Shown: positions 47,475 to 60,939, counted from the first letter of the stretch. The stretch is DNA of 64,000 nt from an uncultured Actinomycetes bacterium (GCA_963720885.1 CAVRGW010000005.1:871704-935703), one strand, 5' to 3'. Numbers and translations: made by a program. Notes: generated by a model from the letters alone, not told the origin.

Positions 47475-48802
47475 ATGAGCACTCAGCGAACACTCACAAC
47501 CCTTCCCGCCGACATGACGACGCCTGTCGGCGCCTACCTGCAGCTGCGCGAGGCGCTGGGCCCGCCGGCGTTCCTGCTGGAGTCCGTCGAGCGGGGCGAG
47601 CAGGTCGGGCGCTACTCGTTTCTCGGCGCCGGAGCTCCGATCACGTCCAGCCTGGAGGAGGCGGTCGAGTTCTCGCGGTCGCAGCCCGGCCCGCGGCCCG
47701 GTGAGCCGCCGTTCGCGGGCGGCGCCGTCGGCTACCTCAGCTACGACTGGGTGACGCGGCTCGAGCCGGTGCCGCTGCCGCCCGCCCACGAGGACGACGC
47801 AGGCATCCCGGAGATGCAGTTCATGCTCGCCTCGTGCGTGGTCGCGTTCGACCACGTCCGGCGGACGATGTCGGTGATCGGGCCCGCCGACGAGGCGGAG
47901 CGGGTGCTGGCGGCGCTGGCGGCGCCGATCGCCACCAGGCCGGACGAGCCGCGCGAGGCCGGCGACCGCGTGGAGGAGACCAGCCGCGAGCGCTACATGG
48001 AGGCGGTGGCCGAGGCGAAGGAGCACATCGCGGCGGGCGATGCTTTCCAGATCCTGATGTCGCAGCGGGTTCGCCGCAGCACCGAGGTGTCGCCCTTCGC
48101 CATCTACCGGGCGCTGCGAGCCGTCAACCCGTCGCCCTACATGTTCCTGCTCGACCTGGGCGGCCATCAGCTGGTCGGGTCGTCGCCAGAGACGCATGTG
48201 CGCCTCGACCTGGACGGCACCTGCGAGCTGCGGCCGATCGCCGGCACCCGCCCGCGCGGCGCCGACCGCGAGCAGGACGACCGGCTGGCCGAGGAGCTGA
48301 TGGCCTCCCCCAAGGAGCGCGCCGAGCACGTGATGCTGGTCGACCTCGGGCGAAACGACCTGTCACGGGTGTGCGAGCCGGGCTCCGTGCGGGTCGAGCG
48401 CTACATGGAGGTCGAGCGCTACTCGCACGTGATGCACATCGTGTCGCGGGTCTTTGGGCAGATCCGCCCGGACCGCGACGCCGCCGCACTGCTGCGCGCG
48501 ACCTTCCCCGCCGGGACGATGTCCGGCGCGCCCAAGGTGCGGGCGATGCAGATCATCGGCGAGCTGGAGGGACGACGCCGCGGTGCCTACGCCGGCGCGG
48601 TCGGCTACCTGGGCTTCGGCGGGGACATGGACACCTGCATCGCGATCCGCACCATCGTCATGCGCGACGGGACGGCGTATCTGCAGGCGGGCGCCGGGAT
48701 CGTGGCAGACTCCGACCCTGCGGCGGAGCACGACGAGTGCACCAACAAGATGGCGGCGCTGCAGACGGCGATCGACCAGGCGGAGACGGGGATCTACGGG
48801 CC

Positions 48803-48806
<4 letters not shown>
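47475..48806 (+). CDS. trpE: anthranilate synthase component I
   Basis: In-frame part of ORF 47037..48806 from ATG 47475: ..LPADMTTPVGAYL..LLES..; ..GTRPRG..; ..FPAGTMSGAPK.RAM..I.ELE...RG.YAGAVGY. Confidence 0.9.
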
Positions 48807-49371
<565 letters not shown>

Positions 49372-49375
<4 letters not shown>

Positions 49376-50412
49376 TCACCGAGGCGATCAAGACGCTGGT
49401 CGACGGCCGTGACCTCACGTCGGAGGCGGCGCACGCCGCGATGATGCAGGTGATGGCGGGCGAGGCCGGCCCCGCCCAGATCTCCGCCTTCGCCGTGGCG
49501 CTGCGCATGAAGGGCGAGACGCCGGACGAGATCGCCGGCTGCGCACGGGCCATGCGCGCTCACGCCACGCCGGCGACGCCGTCCCGCGAGGGGCTGGTCG
49601 ACACTTGCGGCACGGGCGGCGACGGCTCCGACACCTTCAACATCTCGACGTCGGCGGCGCTGGTCGCCGCCGCTGCCGGCGTGCCCATTGCCAAGCACGG
49701 CAACCGGGCGATGTCCTCGCGGTGTGGCTCGGCCGACGTGCTCGAGGCGCTGGGCGTGCGCATCGACCTGACGCCGGCGGACATCGCCGACTGCATCGAC
49801 GAGGTCGGCTTCGGGTTCATGTTCGCCCAGGCCCACCACCCGGCGATGCGCCATGTCGCCCCCGTGCGGCGCGAGCTCGGTATCCGCACCGTGTTCAACC
49901 TGCTCGGCCCGCTGACCAATCCCGCGGGCGCTCGGCGACAAGTGATGGGCGTCTACGACGCGGCGCTGGTGGCGCCGATCGCCCAGGTGCTGGTGCGGCT
50001 GGGAGTCGACCACGCGCTGGTCGTGCACGGCGCCGGCGGCCTGGACGAGCTGACGCCGGTCGGCGAGAACCTGGTCGCCGAGGTGCGCGACGGCGAGGTG
50101 CGCGAATACACGGTCGACCCGCGAGACCTGTCGACCGGCGCGGTGCCCGCGTCGCCGGACGACCTGCGGGTGGGCGGCGACCCGGCGCAGAACGCCTCGA
50201 TCATCCGCACCGTGTTCGACGGCGAGCGCGGGCCACGCAGGGACGCGGTCGTGCTGAACGCCGGCGCCGCCCTGCTGGTCGCGGGGTCGGTACCCGACCT
50301 GGAGGCGGGGATCGACCGCGCGGTCGAGGCGATCGACAGCGGCGCCGCGACGGCCACCCTCGACCGGCTGGTCGAGTTCACCCAGCGGCGCGCACCGGCG
50401 GCCGCGCGGTGA
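49372..50412 (+). CDS. trpD: anthranilate phosphoribosyltransferase
   Basis: GTG 49372 (GTGA overlap). DTCGTGGDGS.TFNIST..AKHGNRA.SS..GSADVLEALG. Confidence 0.9.
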
Positions 50413-51134
50413 GCGGGTACCTGACCAAACTCTCCGGTGACATCCGCCGGGATGCGCCCGACCAGCCCCGCGGGTTCGCGGATGCCCTGGCCGCCGGCCC
50501 GTCGGTCGCCGTGATCGCGGAGGTCAAGCGAGCGTCACCGTCGCAGGGCGCGATCCGGGCCGACGCCGACGTCGTCGAGACAGCCGTTCGCTACGAGGAC
50601 GGCGGCGCGGCCTGCGTCTCGGTGCTGTGCGCCGAGCGCGACTTCGGCGGCTCGCCCGACGACCTGTCGGCAGCCCGCAGTGCGATCTCGATCCCGGCGC
50701 TGGCGAAGGACTTCACCGTCTTCCCCGAACAGGTGGCGCGGCAGCGGATCGCCGGCGCCGACGCCGTGCTGGTGATCCTCGGCATGGTCAGCGACGACGA
50801 GGCGAAGCGGCTGTCCGAGACTGCCCGCCTGCTGGGCATGGACGTGCTGGTCGAGGCCAACGACGCCGCCGAGGTCGAGCGCGCGGTGGCCCTGGGGCCG
50901 CGGATGATCGGCGTCAACGCCCGCAACCTGGAGACGCTGGAGGTCGACCGCGACGGCCAGCTGGAGCTGCTGGCGAGCCTGCCCGAGGGTTCGCTGCGAA
51001 TCGCCGAGTCCGGCGTCGCCTCGCGCGCCGACGTCGAGGCCGCGCGGGACGCCGGCGCCCACGCCGTGCTGGTCGGAACGTCACTGATGCGCTCGCCCGA
51101 GCTGCTGGGCGAGCTGGTGGGGGTGCCGCGATGA
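50409..51134 (+). CDS. trpC: indole-3-glycerol-phosphate synthase
   Basis: GTG 50409 (GTGA overlap). VIAEVKRASPS.G..; IGVNARNL.T. Confidence 0.85.
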   Translation: MSGYLTKLSGDIRRDAPDQPRGFADALAAGPSVAVIAEVKRASPSQGAIRADADVVETAVRYEDGGAACVSVLCAERDFGGSPDDLSAARSAISIPALAKDFTVFPEQVARQRIAGADAVLVILGMVSDDEAKRLSETARLLGMDVLVEANDAAEVERAVALGPRMIGVNARNLETLEVDRDGQLELLASLPEGSLRIAESGVASRADVEAARDAGAHAVLVGTSLMRSPELLGELVGVPR

Positions 51135-51687
51135 CGCTGGTCAAGATCTGCGGGCTGACCCGCGAGCAGGACGTCGACCAGGCCATCGAGGCCGGCGCCG
51201 ACCTGGTCGGCTTCGTGTGCGTCGCCGACAGCCCGCGCGGCATCACACTGGACCGCGCGGCCGACCTGGCCCGGCGGGCGCCTGCCGGCGTGCGGACGGT
51301 CGCCGTGTTCGCCGGGCCCGAGCCGGACGGCCCCACCGACGCCTTCGATCTTGTGCAGGTCTACGGGACGTCGCCGCGGACGGACGGCGTCATCCTCGGC
51401 TTCCGCGGCCCGCCGCCGGACGAGCTGCCGGACGGCGTGCCGGTGCTGCTCGACCTGGAGCGCGAGTCGCGGCCGGGCCCCGAAACGCTGCACGGCCACT
51501 GGACCCGCGCGGCCGCGGTGCGGGCCCCCGTGCTGCTCGCCGGGTCACTCGACCCCGGCAACGTCGCCGAGGCGGTCGCCGCCGCGCACCCCTGGGGCGT
51601 TGACACGGCGCGGGGCGTCGAGGCGTCGCCGGGCGTCAAGGATCACGCGCTGGTCACGCGGTTCGTCAGCAACGCGAAGGAGGCGGC

Positions 51688-51691
<4 letters not shown>
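51131..51691 (+). CDS. trpF: phosphoribosylanthranilate isomerase
   Basis: ATG 51131 (ATGA overlap). [11 protein letters not shown]...[11 protein letters not shown]; C-terminal [14 protein letters not shown]. Confidence 0.85.
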
Positions 51692-52862
<1,171 letters not shown>

Positions 52863-52866
<4 letters not shown>

Positions 52867-53618
52867 AGCTCACGACGCCCGCGCTGTCGATCTACCTGAT
52901 GGCAGGTGACGACACCGCCGACCTGGCGGAGGCAGCCGTCCGCGGCGGCGCCACCGCGTTCGAGATCGGCATCCCCTACTCCGACCCGCTGGCGGACGGA
53001 CCCACGGTGCAGCGTGCGGGACAGCGCGCGCTCGCCGCGGGAATGACGACGCGACGCGCACTCGAGGTGCTGGGCGAGGTGCGCTCCCGCGTGGAGGTGC
53101 CGCTGGTGCCGATGACGTACGCCGCGCCGGTGATGGCCTACGGCGAGCAGGCGTTCTGCACCGACGCGGCCGCGGCCGGAGCCGACGGCGTGATCGTGCC
53201 GGACGTCCCGCCCGACGAGTCGGGGCCGCTGTTCGAGCACTGCCGGTCGGCCGGCCTCGACCTGATCCCGCTGCTGGCGCCGACCAGCCTCGATGCGCGG
53301 ATCGAGCTGGCCTGCCACAACGCCGGCGGGTTCGTCTACCTGGTCTCGGTGGCCGGGGTGACCGGCGCCCGCGACGCACTGTCCGGCCGCGTGGCCGGGC
53401 TGATCGAGCGGGTGCGGCCGCACACCGACCTGCCGCTGCTGATCGGGTTCGGCATCTCCTCGCCCGCCTCCGCCCAGGCCGCCATGGCCGCGGGCGCGGA
53501 CGGCGTGATCATCGGCTCGCGCGCCCTCGAGGTGTCCGAAGCGGGTGGCGCGCCGGCGCTCGAGGAGTTCGTGCGCGAGATCGCCGGCGCGCTCGCCAGC
53601 GCGCCTACCGCGCCTTGA
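52863..53618 (+). CDS. trpA: tryptophan synthase alpha chain
   Basis: GTG 52863 (GTGA overlap). [18 protein letters not shown]..; [13 protein letters not shown]. Confidence 0.9.
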
Positions 53619-53988
53619 GCAGGTCGCGGATCTCCGTCAGCAGCTGCTGATCGACGGTCGGAGCCGGCTCCGCCTCGGGCTCCTGCCCGGCAGCCCGCCG
53701 CGCGGCCAGCATGTTCATCGGCTTGACGACGAAGAAGAAGATCGCGGCTGCCACCGTCACGAACGCGATCAGCGCGTTCAGGAAATCGCCGTACCGGAAC
53801 ACGCTGCCGTTGATCGTGAACGTCAGGCTGCTGAAGTCCGGCTTTCCGAAGATGGCCGCGATGATCGGCGTGATGATGTCGGCGACGAAGGCCTGGACGA
53901 CCAGGCCGAACGCCGCACCGATGACCACGGCAACGGCCAGGTCGACCACGTTTCCCCGCATCAGAAACGCCTTGAACTCCGCCAGCAT
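53605..53988 (-). CDS. mscL: large-conductance mechanosensitive channel
   Basis: Start set to ATG 53988 behind GGGAGGAG: MLAEFKAFLMRGNVVDLAVAVVIGAAFG..IITPII. It overlaps the trpA 3' end by 14 nt (convergent). Confidence 0.9.
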   Translation of the reverse strand: MLAEFKAFLMRGNVVDLAVAVVIGAAFGLVVQAFVADIITPIIAAIFGKPDFSSLTFTINGSVFRYGDFLNALIAFVTVAAAIFFFVVKPMNMLAARRAAGQEPEAEPAPTVDQQLLTEIRDLLKAR

Positions 53989-54060
53989 GCTGCTCCTCCC
54001 GGTCGGTGTAGCGCGCCAAAGCAAACATAGCCTCAATCGCAACCCGGTAGGCTTTCCGCC

Positions 54061-54738
54061 GTGCGCATCCTGCTCGTCGAGGACGACCAGCCGCTGGTCC
54101 GGATCATCACGAAATCGCTCGACCAGAGCGGTTTCGACGTGGACGTCGCGACGGACGGCGAAGATGGCCTGCACAAGGCGCGCAGCGGTGGCTACGACTC
54201 GGTCGTGCTCGACCTCCAGCTGCCCAAGATGTCCGGGGTCGAGGTGTGCAAGACGCTCCGCGACGAGCGCAACGACGTCCCGATCCTGATGCTGACCGCA
54301 CGCAGCGGCGTCTCCGACCGGATTGCCGGGCTCGACGCGGGCGCGGACGACTACCTGCCCAAGCCGTTCTCGCTGGGCGAGCTCGCGGCGCGCCTGCGCG
54401 CCCTCGGCCGGCGCGGCCGCTCGGACGAGCCGGAGGTGCTGGAGGCCGAGGGCCTCGTCCTCGACACCGGTGCGCGCGAGGTGCGGGTCGGCGAGACGCC
54501 GGTCGAGCTGACCGGCACGGAGTTCGCCCTGCTCGAGTACCTGATGCGCAACGCCGGCCAGGTGCTGTCGCGCGACCAGCTGCGCGAGGAGGTCTGGGGC
54601 GCCGGGTTCGAGCCGGCGTCGAACGTCGTCGACATCTACGTGCACTACGTGCGCCGCAAGCTGAAGGCCGCCGGCCTGGAAAAGGATCCCATCCGCACCG
54701 TTCGCGGGCTCGGGTATGCGTTCCGCCGGCCGGACTGA
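54061..54738 (+). CDS. OmpR-family response regulator
   Basis: 225 aa: RILLVEDD.., DSVVLDLQLPKMSG, C-terminal winged helix ..[10 protein letters not shown]. Confidence 0.9.
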   Translation: MRILLVEDDQPLVRIITKSLDQSGFDVDVATDGEDGLHKARSGGYDSVVLDLQLPKMSGVEVCKTLRDERNDVPILMLTARSGVSDRIAGLDAGADDYLPKPFSLGELAARLRALGRRGRSDEPEVLEAEGLVLDTGAREVRVGETPVELTGTEFALLEYLMRNAGQVLSRDQLREEVWGAGFEPASNVVDIYVHYVRRKLKAAGLEKDPIRTVRGLGYAFRRPD

Positions 54739-55990
54739 CAACCCGCTGTTCACCCGTGCGCGGGTGCGGTTGACCGTCTGGTACGTGGCGGTGCTGGCGG
54801 GGGTGCTGGTGGTGCTCGGGTCGTCGCTCTACGTGCTCGTCCGCGAGCAGACGTGGTCGCGCATCGACAGCGGGCTGAAGCTGACCGCCGCACGGGCGCA
54901 GGCCGACGTGGCCAGCGGCAACACCGACGACCTGGACAAGCTGAACCAGGTGCCGTACTACGTGCGCTGGCAGACCACCGAGGACGTGGCCCAGACCACC
55001 CAGGAGGCCCAGCTCGGACTGCCCGTGCTGGCCGCACTGCGATCCGTCGCCGGCACCGGCGGTACGGACATCCGCACGTCGCATTTCGGCTCGAACGAGT
55101 GGCGCGTGTACACGACGACGGTCAGCGCGCACGGCCAATTCCTGGGCATCATCCAGGTCGCCCGCTCCACCAAGCCGGAGCGCGACGCCCTGTCGAACCT
55201 GCTGGGGGCGCTGTTCGTCGGCGGCCTGGCGGGCCTGGTGCTGGCGGCGATCGGCGGCTGGTTCCTGGCGGGCAAGTCACTGGCGCCGGTGCAGGAGGCG
55301 TTCGAGCACCAGCGCACGTTCGTGGCCGACGCGTCACATGAGCTGCGCACGCCGCTGGCGGTGATCCGGGCCAACGCCGAGTATCTGCAGGCCGACCAAC
55401 CGGACAACGCCGAGCTGCACGAGATCGTTCGCGAGTCCGACCGGCTGGCCAACCTCGTCGACTCGCTGCTCGCGCTGGCGCGCGGCGACAAGGACACCGG
55501 CGCCGACCAGCGCATCGTGTTCGACATCGGCAAGGAGGTCGACGACGCCGTCGGCACCATGGAGCCGCTGGCCGGGGAACGGGGCATCGAGCTGACCGTG
55601 TCGACGATCCCGCTCTTCGTGCGGGGCGACCCGGACGCGATCCGCCAGCTGATCGTCATCCTGCTGGACAACGCGCTTCGCTACACCAGTGAGGACGGGA
55701 GGGTGCACGTCCAGACCGCCGCCGACGGCAACAACGCGCTGATCACCGTGCACGACACCGGCATCGGCATCCGCGAGGAGTCGCTGCCGCACGTCTTCGA
55801 GCGGTTCTACCGAGCCGACGACGCGCGCAACCGCGAGTCTGGCGGCTCCGGCCTCGGCCTGGCGATCGCCCGCGAGCTGGTCAGCCAGCACGGCGGCAAG
55901 ATCAACGTCGAGAGCGCCAAGGGCGTCGGCACCACGTTCATCGTGCGGCTGCCGCTCGCCAAGGCCGCTCTCGACCGCGTCGAGCGCTAG
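54716..55990 (+). CDS. sensor histidine kinase (2 TM, HAMP, HisKA, HATPase_c)
   Basis: [13 protein letters not shown] (H-box), LDNALRYT (N-box), [15 protein letters not shown]. Confidence 0.9.
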   Translation: MRSAGRTDNPLFTRARVRLTVWYVAVLAGVLVVLGSSLYVLVREQTWSRIDSGLKLTAARAQADVASGNTDDLDKLNQVPYYVRWQTTEDVAQTTQEAQLGLPVLAALRSVAGTGGTDIRTSHFGSNEWRVYTTTVSAHGQFLGIIQVARSTKPERDALSNLLGALFVGGLAGLVLAAIGGWFLAGKSLAPVQEAFEHQRTFVADASHELRTPLAVIRANAEYLQADQPDNAELHEIVRESDRLANLVDSLLALARGDKDTGADQRIVFDIGKEVDDAVGTMEPLAGERGIELTVSTIPLFVRGDPDAIRQLIVILLDNALRYTSEDGRVHVQTAADGNNALITVHDTGIGIREESLPHVFERFYRADDARNRESGGSGLGLAIARELVSQHGGKINVESAKGVGTTFIVRLPLAKAALDRVER

Positions 55991-56003
55991 CGTTCGGTCG
56001 CGG

Positions 56004-57587
56004 ATGCCGCGGCTCGTCTCGCACCTCGACACCCGTTCCGATGCCTACCTCGACAACGCAGCCCACATGGGCGAGCTCGTCGGTGGGTTGCGCGAGCGGT
56101 TGGCCCGCGCCGAGGCCGGCGGCGGCCCCGAGTCGGTGGAGCGGCACCGCACGCGCGGCAAGCTGCTCGCCCGCGAGCGGATCGAGCGGCTGATCGACCA
56201 CGGCGCGGCGTTCCTCGAGCTCTCCGCGCTCGCGGCCGAGGGCCTGTACGACGGCGACGCGCCGGGCGCAGGGATCGTCACCGGGGTCGGCCCCGTGCAC
56301 GGGCGACCCTGCATGGTGGTCGCCAACGACGCCACCGTCAAGGGCGGCACGTACTACCCGATGACCGTCAAGAAGCATCTCCGCGCGCAGGAGATCGCCG
56401 CGGCGGACGGCCTGCCGTGCATCTACCTGGTCGACTCCGGCGGCGCGTACCTGCCGCTGCAGGCGGAGGTCTTCCCCGACCGCGACCACTTCGGCCGGAT
56501 CTTCTACAACCAGGCCCGGATGTCCGCCGCCGGCATCCCGCAGATCGCTGCGGTGATGGGCTCGTGCACGGCCGGCGGCGCGTACGTGCCGGCGATGTCC
56601 GACGAGACCGTGATCGTCAAGGGCACCGGCACGATCTTCCTCGGCGGCCCGCCGCTGGTGAAGGCGGCGACCGGTGAGGACGTCACGCCCGAGGAGCTGG
56701 GCGGCGCCGACGTGCACGCGCGGCAGTCCGGCGTCGCCGATCACTACGCGGTGGACGACGACCACGCCTTGCGGATCGTCCGCGAGGTGGTCGCCAACCT
56801 GAACCCACCGGGCGATCTGGCGTGGGACGTCGTCGAGGCGGCGGCGCCCGCATCCGACCCGGCCGAGCTGTACGGCGTCGTGCCCATGGATCCGCGCCAC
56901 GCGTACGACGTTCGCGAGGTGATCGCCCGGATCGTCGATGGGTCGCGGCTGCACGAGTTCAAGGCGCTCTACGGCGACACGCTGGTCTGTGGATTCGCGC
57001 ACATCCACGGGCATCCGGTCGGCATCCTCGCCAACAACGGGATCCTGTTCTCGGAGTCGGCGCTGAAGGGCGCGCACTTCGTGCAGCTGGCCGCGGCCCG
57101 CGGCATCCCGCTGGTCTTCCTCCAGAACATCACCGGGTTCATGGTCGGGCGCGAGTACGAGGCGGGCGGGATCGCGAAGGACGGCGCCAAGCTGGTGACC
57201 GCGGTCGCCTGCGCGGAGGTGCCCAAGCTGACCGTGGTGATCGGCGGCTCGTACGGCGCGGGCAACTACGCGATGTGCGGTCGCGCCTACTCACCGCGCG
57301 GGCTGTGGATGTGGCCGAACGCCCGGATCTCGGTGATGGGCGGGCGGCAGGCGGCGCGCGTGCTCTCGACCGTGCGCGGCGAGATGACCGACGAGGAGCG
57401 CGAGGTGTTCGAGCGTCCGATCGTCGAGGCATACGACCGCGAGGGCAGTCCCTACTACTCCACGGCGCGGTTGTGGGACGACGGGGTGATCGATCCGCTG
57501 GACACGCGCAAGGTGCTGGCGTTGTCACTCGAAGCAGCACGACGGCGACCGCGATCGCACACGTCCTACGGGGTGTTCCGGATGTGA
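56004..57587 (+). CDS. methylcrotonyl-CoA carboxylase carboxyltransferase (beta) subunit
   Basis: 527 aa: ..[18 protein letters not shown]..; [26 protein letters not shown]; [16 protein letters not shown]. Confidence 0.85.
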   Translation: MPRLVSHLDTRSDAYLDNAAHMGELVGGLRERLARAEAGGGPESVERHRTRGKLLARERIERLIDHGAAFLELSALAAEGLYDGDAPGAGIVTGVGPVHGRPCMVVANDATVKGGTYYPMTVKKHLRAQEIAAADGLPCIYLVDSGGAYLPLQAEVFPDRDHFGRIFYNQARMSAAGIPQIAAVMGSCTAGGAYVPAMSDETVIVKGTGTIFLGGPPLVKAATGEDVTPEELGGADVHARQSGVADHYAVDDDHALRIVREVVANLNPPGDLAWDVVEAAAPASDPAELYGVVPMDPRHAYDVREVIARIVDGSRLHEFKALYGDTLVCGFAHIHGHPVGILANNGILFSESALKGAHFVQLAAARGIPLVFLQNITGFMVGREYEAGGIAKDGAKLVTAVACAEVPKLTVVIGGSYGAGNYAMCGRAYSPRGLWMWPNARISVMGGRQAARVLSTVRGEMTDEEREVFERPIVEAYDREGSPYYSTARLWDDGVIDPLDTRKVLALSLEAARRRPRSHTSYGVFRM

Positions 57588-58363
57588 GCGCGGTCCTGAC
57601 CACACGAGAGGGCGCGGTTGCGACCGTTACCCTGAACACCCCGGACGTCCGCAACGCCCTGGGCCCGGACCTGATCGCCGGCGTGACCGACGCGTTCGCC
57701 GATCTGGCGACGGATGCCACGTGCCGCGTCGTCGTCCTGACAGGCGCCGGCACAACCTTCTGCGCCGGTGCCGACCTCGCCTGGATGCGCGCCAGCCGAG
57801 AGCTGACCGAGGCCGAGAACGTCGCCGACGCCGGCCGTGCCCAGGTCATGCTGGAGACCGTCGACGGCTGCCCCAAGGCCGTTGTCGCTCGGGTCAACGG
57901 GCACGCGATGGGTGGTGGCGCAGGGCTCGTGGCGTGCGCCGACGTCGCCGTCGCGGCCGAGGACGCCCGGTTCGCGTTCAGCGAGGCACGGCTTGGCCTG
58001 ATCCCGGCGATGATCTCGCCCTACGTCCTGCGTGCGCTCGGGCCCGGCCCGACGCGGGCCCTGTTCACGACCGCCCGGGCGTTCGACGCGGCCGAGGCGC
58101 TGCGACTGGGGCTCGTCCACGAGGTGGTTACGGCCGAGGGGCTGGACGCCGCCACAGCCGGCTGGGTCGACCGGCTGCTGGCCGCCGGCCCGCAGGCGAT
58201 CGCCGAGTGCAAGCGCCTGGTGCGCGACGCCTCCGCCCCGCTCGCCCTGCCCGACCTGGCCGAGCGGATCGCCCGCGCACGGACCAGCGACGAGGGCCAG
58301 GAGGGCGTGACCGCGTTCCTCGAGAAGCGAAAGCCGAGATGGACGAGCTCCGCCGGATCCTGA
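57584..58363 (+). CDS. enoyl-CoA hydratase family (methylglutaconyl-CoA hydratase candidate)
   Basis: GTG 57584 (GTGA overlap). [31 protein letters not shown]. It lies between the two MCCase subunits. Confidence 0.75.
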   Translation: MSAVLTTREGAVATVTLNTPDVRNALGPDLIAGVTDAFADLATDATCRVVVLTGAGTTFCAGADLAWMRASRELTEAENVADAGRAQVMLETVDGCPKAVVARVNGHAMGGGAGLVACADVAVAAEDARFAFSEARLGLIPAMISPYVLRALGPGPTRALFTTARAFDAAEALRLGLVHEVVTAEGLDAATAGWVDRLLAAGPQAIAECKRLVRDASAPLALPDLAERIARARTSDEGQEGVTAFLEKRKPRWTSSAGS

Positions 58364-60078
58364 TCGCGAACCGCGGCGAGATCGCCGTCCGCGTGATCCG
58401 CGCGTGCCGTGAGCTCGGCATCGAGGCGGTCGCCGTCGTCACCCCGGACGAGGACGGCGCGCTGCACGCCGAGCTGGCCGACGACGTGGTCACGGTCGCG
58501 TCGCACCTCGACGGCGAGGCCGTCGCCGCAGCCGGCGCGGATGCCGGCGCCGACGCGGTGCACCCCGGCTACGGCTACCTGGCGGAGAACCCGGCGTTCG
58601 CCGAGCAGGTGCTGCGGGCCGGGATGACGTGGATCGGCCCGCCACCGCGCGCGATGAAACTGCTCGGGGACAAGATCGAGGCCCGCCGGCTGGCGGAGGC
58701 TGCGGGCGTGCCGGTCGTTCCCGGCTATGCGGGGATCGAGCTGGACGACGCGACGCTGGCATCCGAGGCGGCGCGGCTGGGAACCCCGCTGCTGGTCAAG
58801 GCCGCGGCCGGCGGCGGCGGCCGGGGGATGCGCGCCGTGGACGATCTGACCGCCATCGGCGACGCGGTCGCCGCCGCCCGGCGCGAGGCCGTTGCCGCAT
58901 TCGGCGACGACCGCGTCTTCCTGGAGCGCCGGCTGGAGGGCTGCCGCCACGTCGAAGTGCAGCTGCTCGTCGACTCCGTGGGCAACGGCGTCCACCTGGG
59001 CGAACGCGACTGCTCGCTGCAGCGGCGGCACCAGAAGATCCTCGAGGAGTCGCCGTCCCCCGCCGTCGACCCCGAGCTGCGTGCGCGGCTGGGCGAGGCG
59101 GCGCTGGCCGTCGGCGCGGCCGCCGGGTACGCGGGGGCGGGCACGGTCGAGTTCCTGCTCGACCCGGAGTCGGGCGATTGGTGGTTCCTGGAGCTGAATG
59201 CGCGGCTGCAGGTCGAGCACCCGGTGACCGAGGCGGTGACAGGGCTCGACCTGGTGCGAGCGCAGATCGAGATCGCGGGCGGCAGGCCGCTGGAGCTCGA
59301 CCAGGAGGACGTGCGGATCACCGGACATGCGATCGAGGCCCGGCTGTACGCCGAGGATCCGGCGGCGGGCTTCCTCCCGGCAGCCGGGACGCTCCTCCGG
59401 TTCGAGCTTCCGGCGTGGCCCGGGGTGCGCATCGACACCGCGGCCCGGCAGGGTGACGAGGTGGGGCTGCGGTACGACCCGCTGCTGGCGAAGGTGATCG
59501 CCCACGCCGAGGATCGCGACGCGTGCGTGGAGCGGTTGCGGGCGGCGCTCGCCGAGACGCGCGTGCTGGGCGTGACGACGAACCTGGGCTGGCTGGGCTG
59601 GGCGCTGGAGCACCCGCGGTTTCGCGCAGGCGAGGCGGGTACGGACTTCGTCGCGGAGGAGTGGCGGCCGGAGCTGGCGCCTGTGCTCCCGGACGGCGTC
59701 CAGCCGGAGGCGGCTCGTGGGCGCGGCGATGTCTGGGCGGAGTACGGCAGCGTGCGCGCCGCGCCTCCCGGGGTGACCGTGGCCGGGCGATTCGCCCAGT
59801 TCCATGGCTGGCACTTCGAGCTGGCGCCGGACGAGGACGTGGCGCCGGACGTCGCGCCGGCCGGTGGCTCGCTGTCCGCGCCGATGCCGGGCTCGGTGCT
59901 CCGGGTCGATGCTGCGCCGGGCGACACCGTTGCCGCGGGGGACGCGGTGGTCGTGCTCGAGGCGATGAAGATGGAGCTGGCGGTGCAGGCGCCGGCCGCC
60001 GGCGTCGTGCGCGCGGTGCACGTGCGGCCGGGCGACGTGGTGTCGGCCGGACAGGCCCTGATCGAGCTGGAGGACTGA
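58339..60078 (+). CDS. methylcrotonyl-CoA carboxylase biotin-carboxylase/BCCP (alpha) subunit
   Basis: Start set to ATG 58339: [16 protein letters not shown]..; ATP-grasp region; RLYAEDP; C-terminal biotinyl motif VLEAMKMEL. Confidence 0.9.
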   Translation: MDELRRILIANRGEIAVRVIRACRELGIEAVAVVTPDEDGALHAELADDVVTVASHLDGEAVAAAGADAGADAVHPGYGYLAENPAFAEQVLRAGMTWIGPPPRAMKLLGDKIEARRLAEAAGVPVVPGYAGIELDDATLASEAARLGTPLLVKAAAGGGGRGMRAVDDLTAIGDAVAAARREAVAAFGDDRVFLERRLEGCRHVEVQLLVDSVGNGVHLGERDCSLQRRHQKILEESPSPAVDPELRARLGEAALAVGAAAGYAGAGTVEFLLDPESGDWWFLELNARLQVEHPVTEAVTGLDLVRAQIEIAGGRPLELDQEDVRITGHAIEARLYAEDPAAGFLPAAGTLLRFELPAWPGVRIDTAARQGDEVGLRYDPLLAKVIAHAEDRDACVERLRAALAETRVLGVTTNLGWLGWALEHPRFRAGEAGTDFVAEEWRPELAPVLPDGVQPEAARGRGDVWAEYGSVRAAPPGVTVAGRFAQFHGWHFELAPDEDVAPDVAPAGGSLSAPMPGSVLRVDAAPGDTVAAGDAVVVLEAMKMELAVQAPAAGVVRAVHVRPGDVVSAGQALIELED

Positions 60079-60939
60079 GTGGCGGTTCCCGATCGCGTGA
60101 CCGTCGTCGAAGTCGGGCCGCGCGACGGCCTGCAGAACGAGGACGCGCTGGTGCCGACGGCGGCCAAGGTGCTGCTGATCGAGGAGCTGGCGCGATGCGG
60201 GCTGCCGGTCGTCGAGGCGACGTCCTTCGTCAGCCCGCAGGCAGTGCCACAGCTCGCGGATGCCGAGGACGTCATGCGGGCGCTCGACCGGCGCGAGGGC
60301 GTCCGCTATCCCGTGCTCGTGCCGAACATGCGCGGCATGCAGCGCGCCGAGGCGGCCGGGGCGGAGGCGGTCGCGGTGTTCACGGCGGCGTCGGAGGCAT
60401 TCACGTCGGCGAACTTGAACATGACGATCGGCGACTCGCTGGATGCGGCCGAGGAGGTGCTCGACCGCGCGGCCGAGCTCGGCTGGTGGCGTCGTGGGTA
60501 CGTGTCGACGGCCTTCGGTTGTCCCTACCAGGGGCCGGTCGACGAGGAGGACGTGGTGCGAGTGGCCGATGCGCTGATCGACCTGGGATGCGAGGAGGTC
60601 TCGATCGGCGACACGATCGGCATTGCCAATCCCGACGACATCGATCGGGTGGTCGGTGCGCTCCTCGAGCGGATCCCCGCCGAGCGCCTGGCGCTGCACC
60701 TGCACGACACCGGCGGCCGGGCGCTGGAGAACGTCGAGGCCGGCCTCGAGCTGGGCATCGCCGTCTTCGACGGCTCGGCCGGCGGCGCGGGCGGCTGCCC
60801 CTTCGCCCCTGGCGCTCCCGGCAACCTCGCAACCGAACAGTTGGTCGCGCTGCTCGACCGCCACGGCATCGCCCACGGCGTCGATCTCGACCGCCTCACC
60901 GCCACCGGCGCCGGGCTGCGCTCGCTGCTCGGGGTCTGA
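60079..60939 (+). CDS. hydroxymethylglutaryl-CoA lyase
   Basis: 286 aa: VVEVGPRDGLQNE..; HLHDTGG.AL.N; GGAGGCPFAPGA.GN.ATE. The stop codon lies inside the class II repeat. Confidence 0.9.
   Translation: MAVPDRVTVVEVGPRDGLQNEDALVPTAAKVLLIEELARCGLPVVEATSFVSPQAVPQLADAEDVMRALDRREGVRYPVLVPNMRGMQRAEAAGAEAVAVFTAASEAFTSANLNMTIGDSLDAAEEVLDRAAELGWWRRGYVSTAFGCPYQGPVDEEDVVRVADALIDLGCEEVSIGDTIGIANPDDIDRVVGALLERIPAERLALHLHDTGGRALENVEAGLELGIAVFDGSAGGAGGCPFAPGAPGNLATEQLVALLDRHGIAHGVDLDRLTATGAGLRSLLGV

Noticed and set aside
58021-60876. 951-aa minus-strand ORF, the longest in the window
   Set aside because: It lies antisense to the well-supported MCCase alpha and HMG-CoA lyase genes. Its translation is low-complexity and Arg/Ala/Gly/Pro-rich with no motifs. 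This is the typical stop-free shadow frame of very GC-rich DNA.
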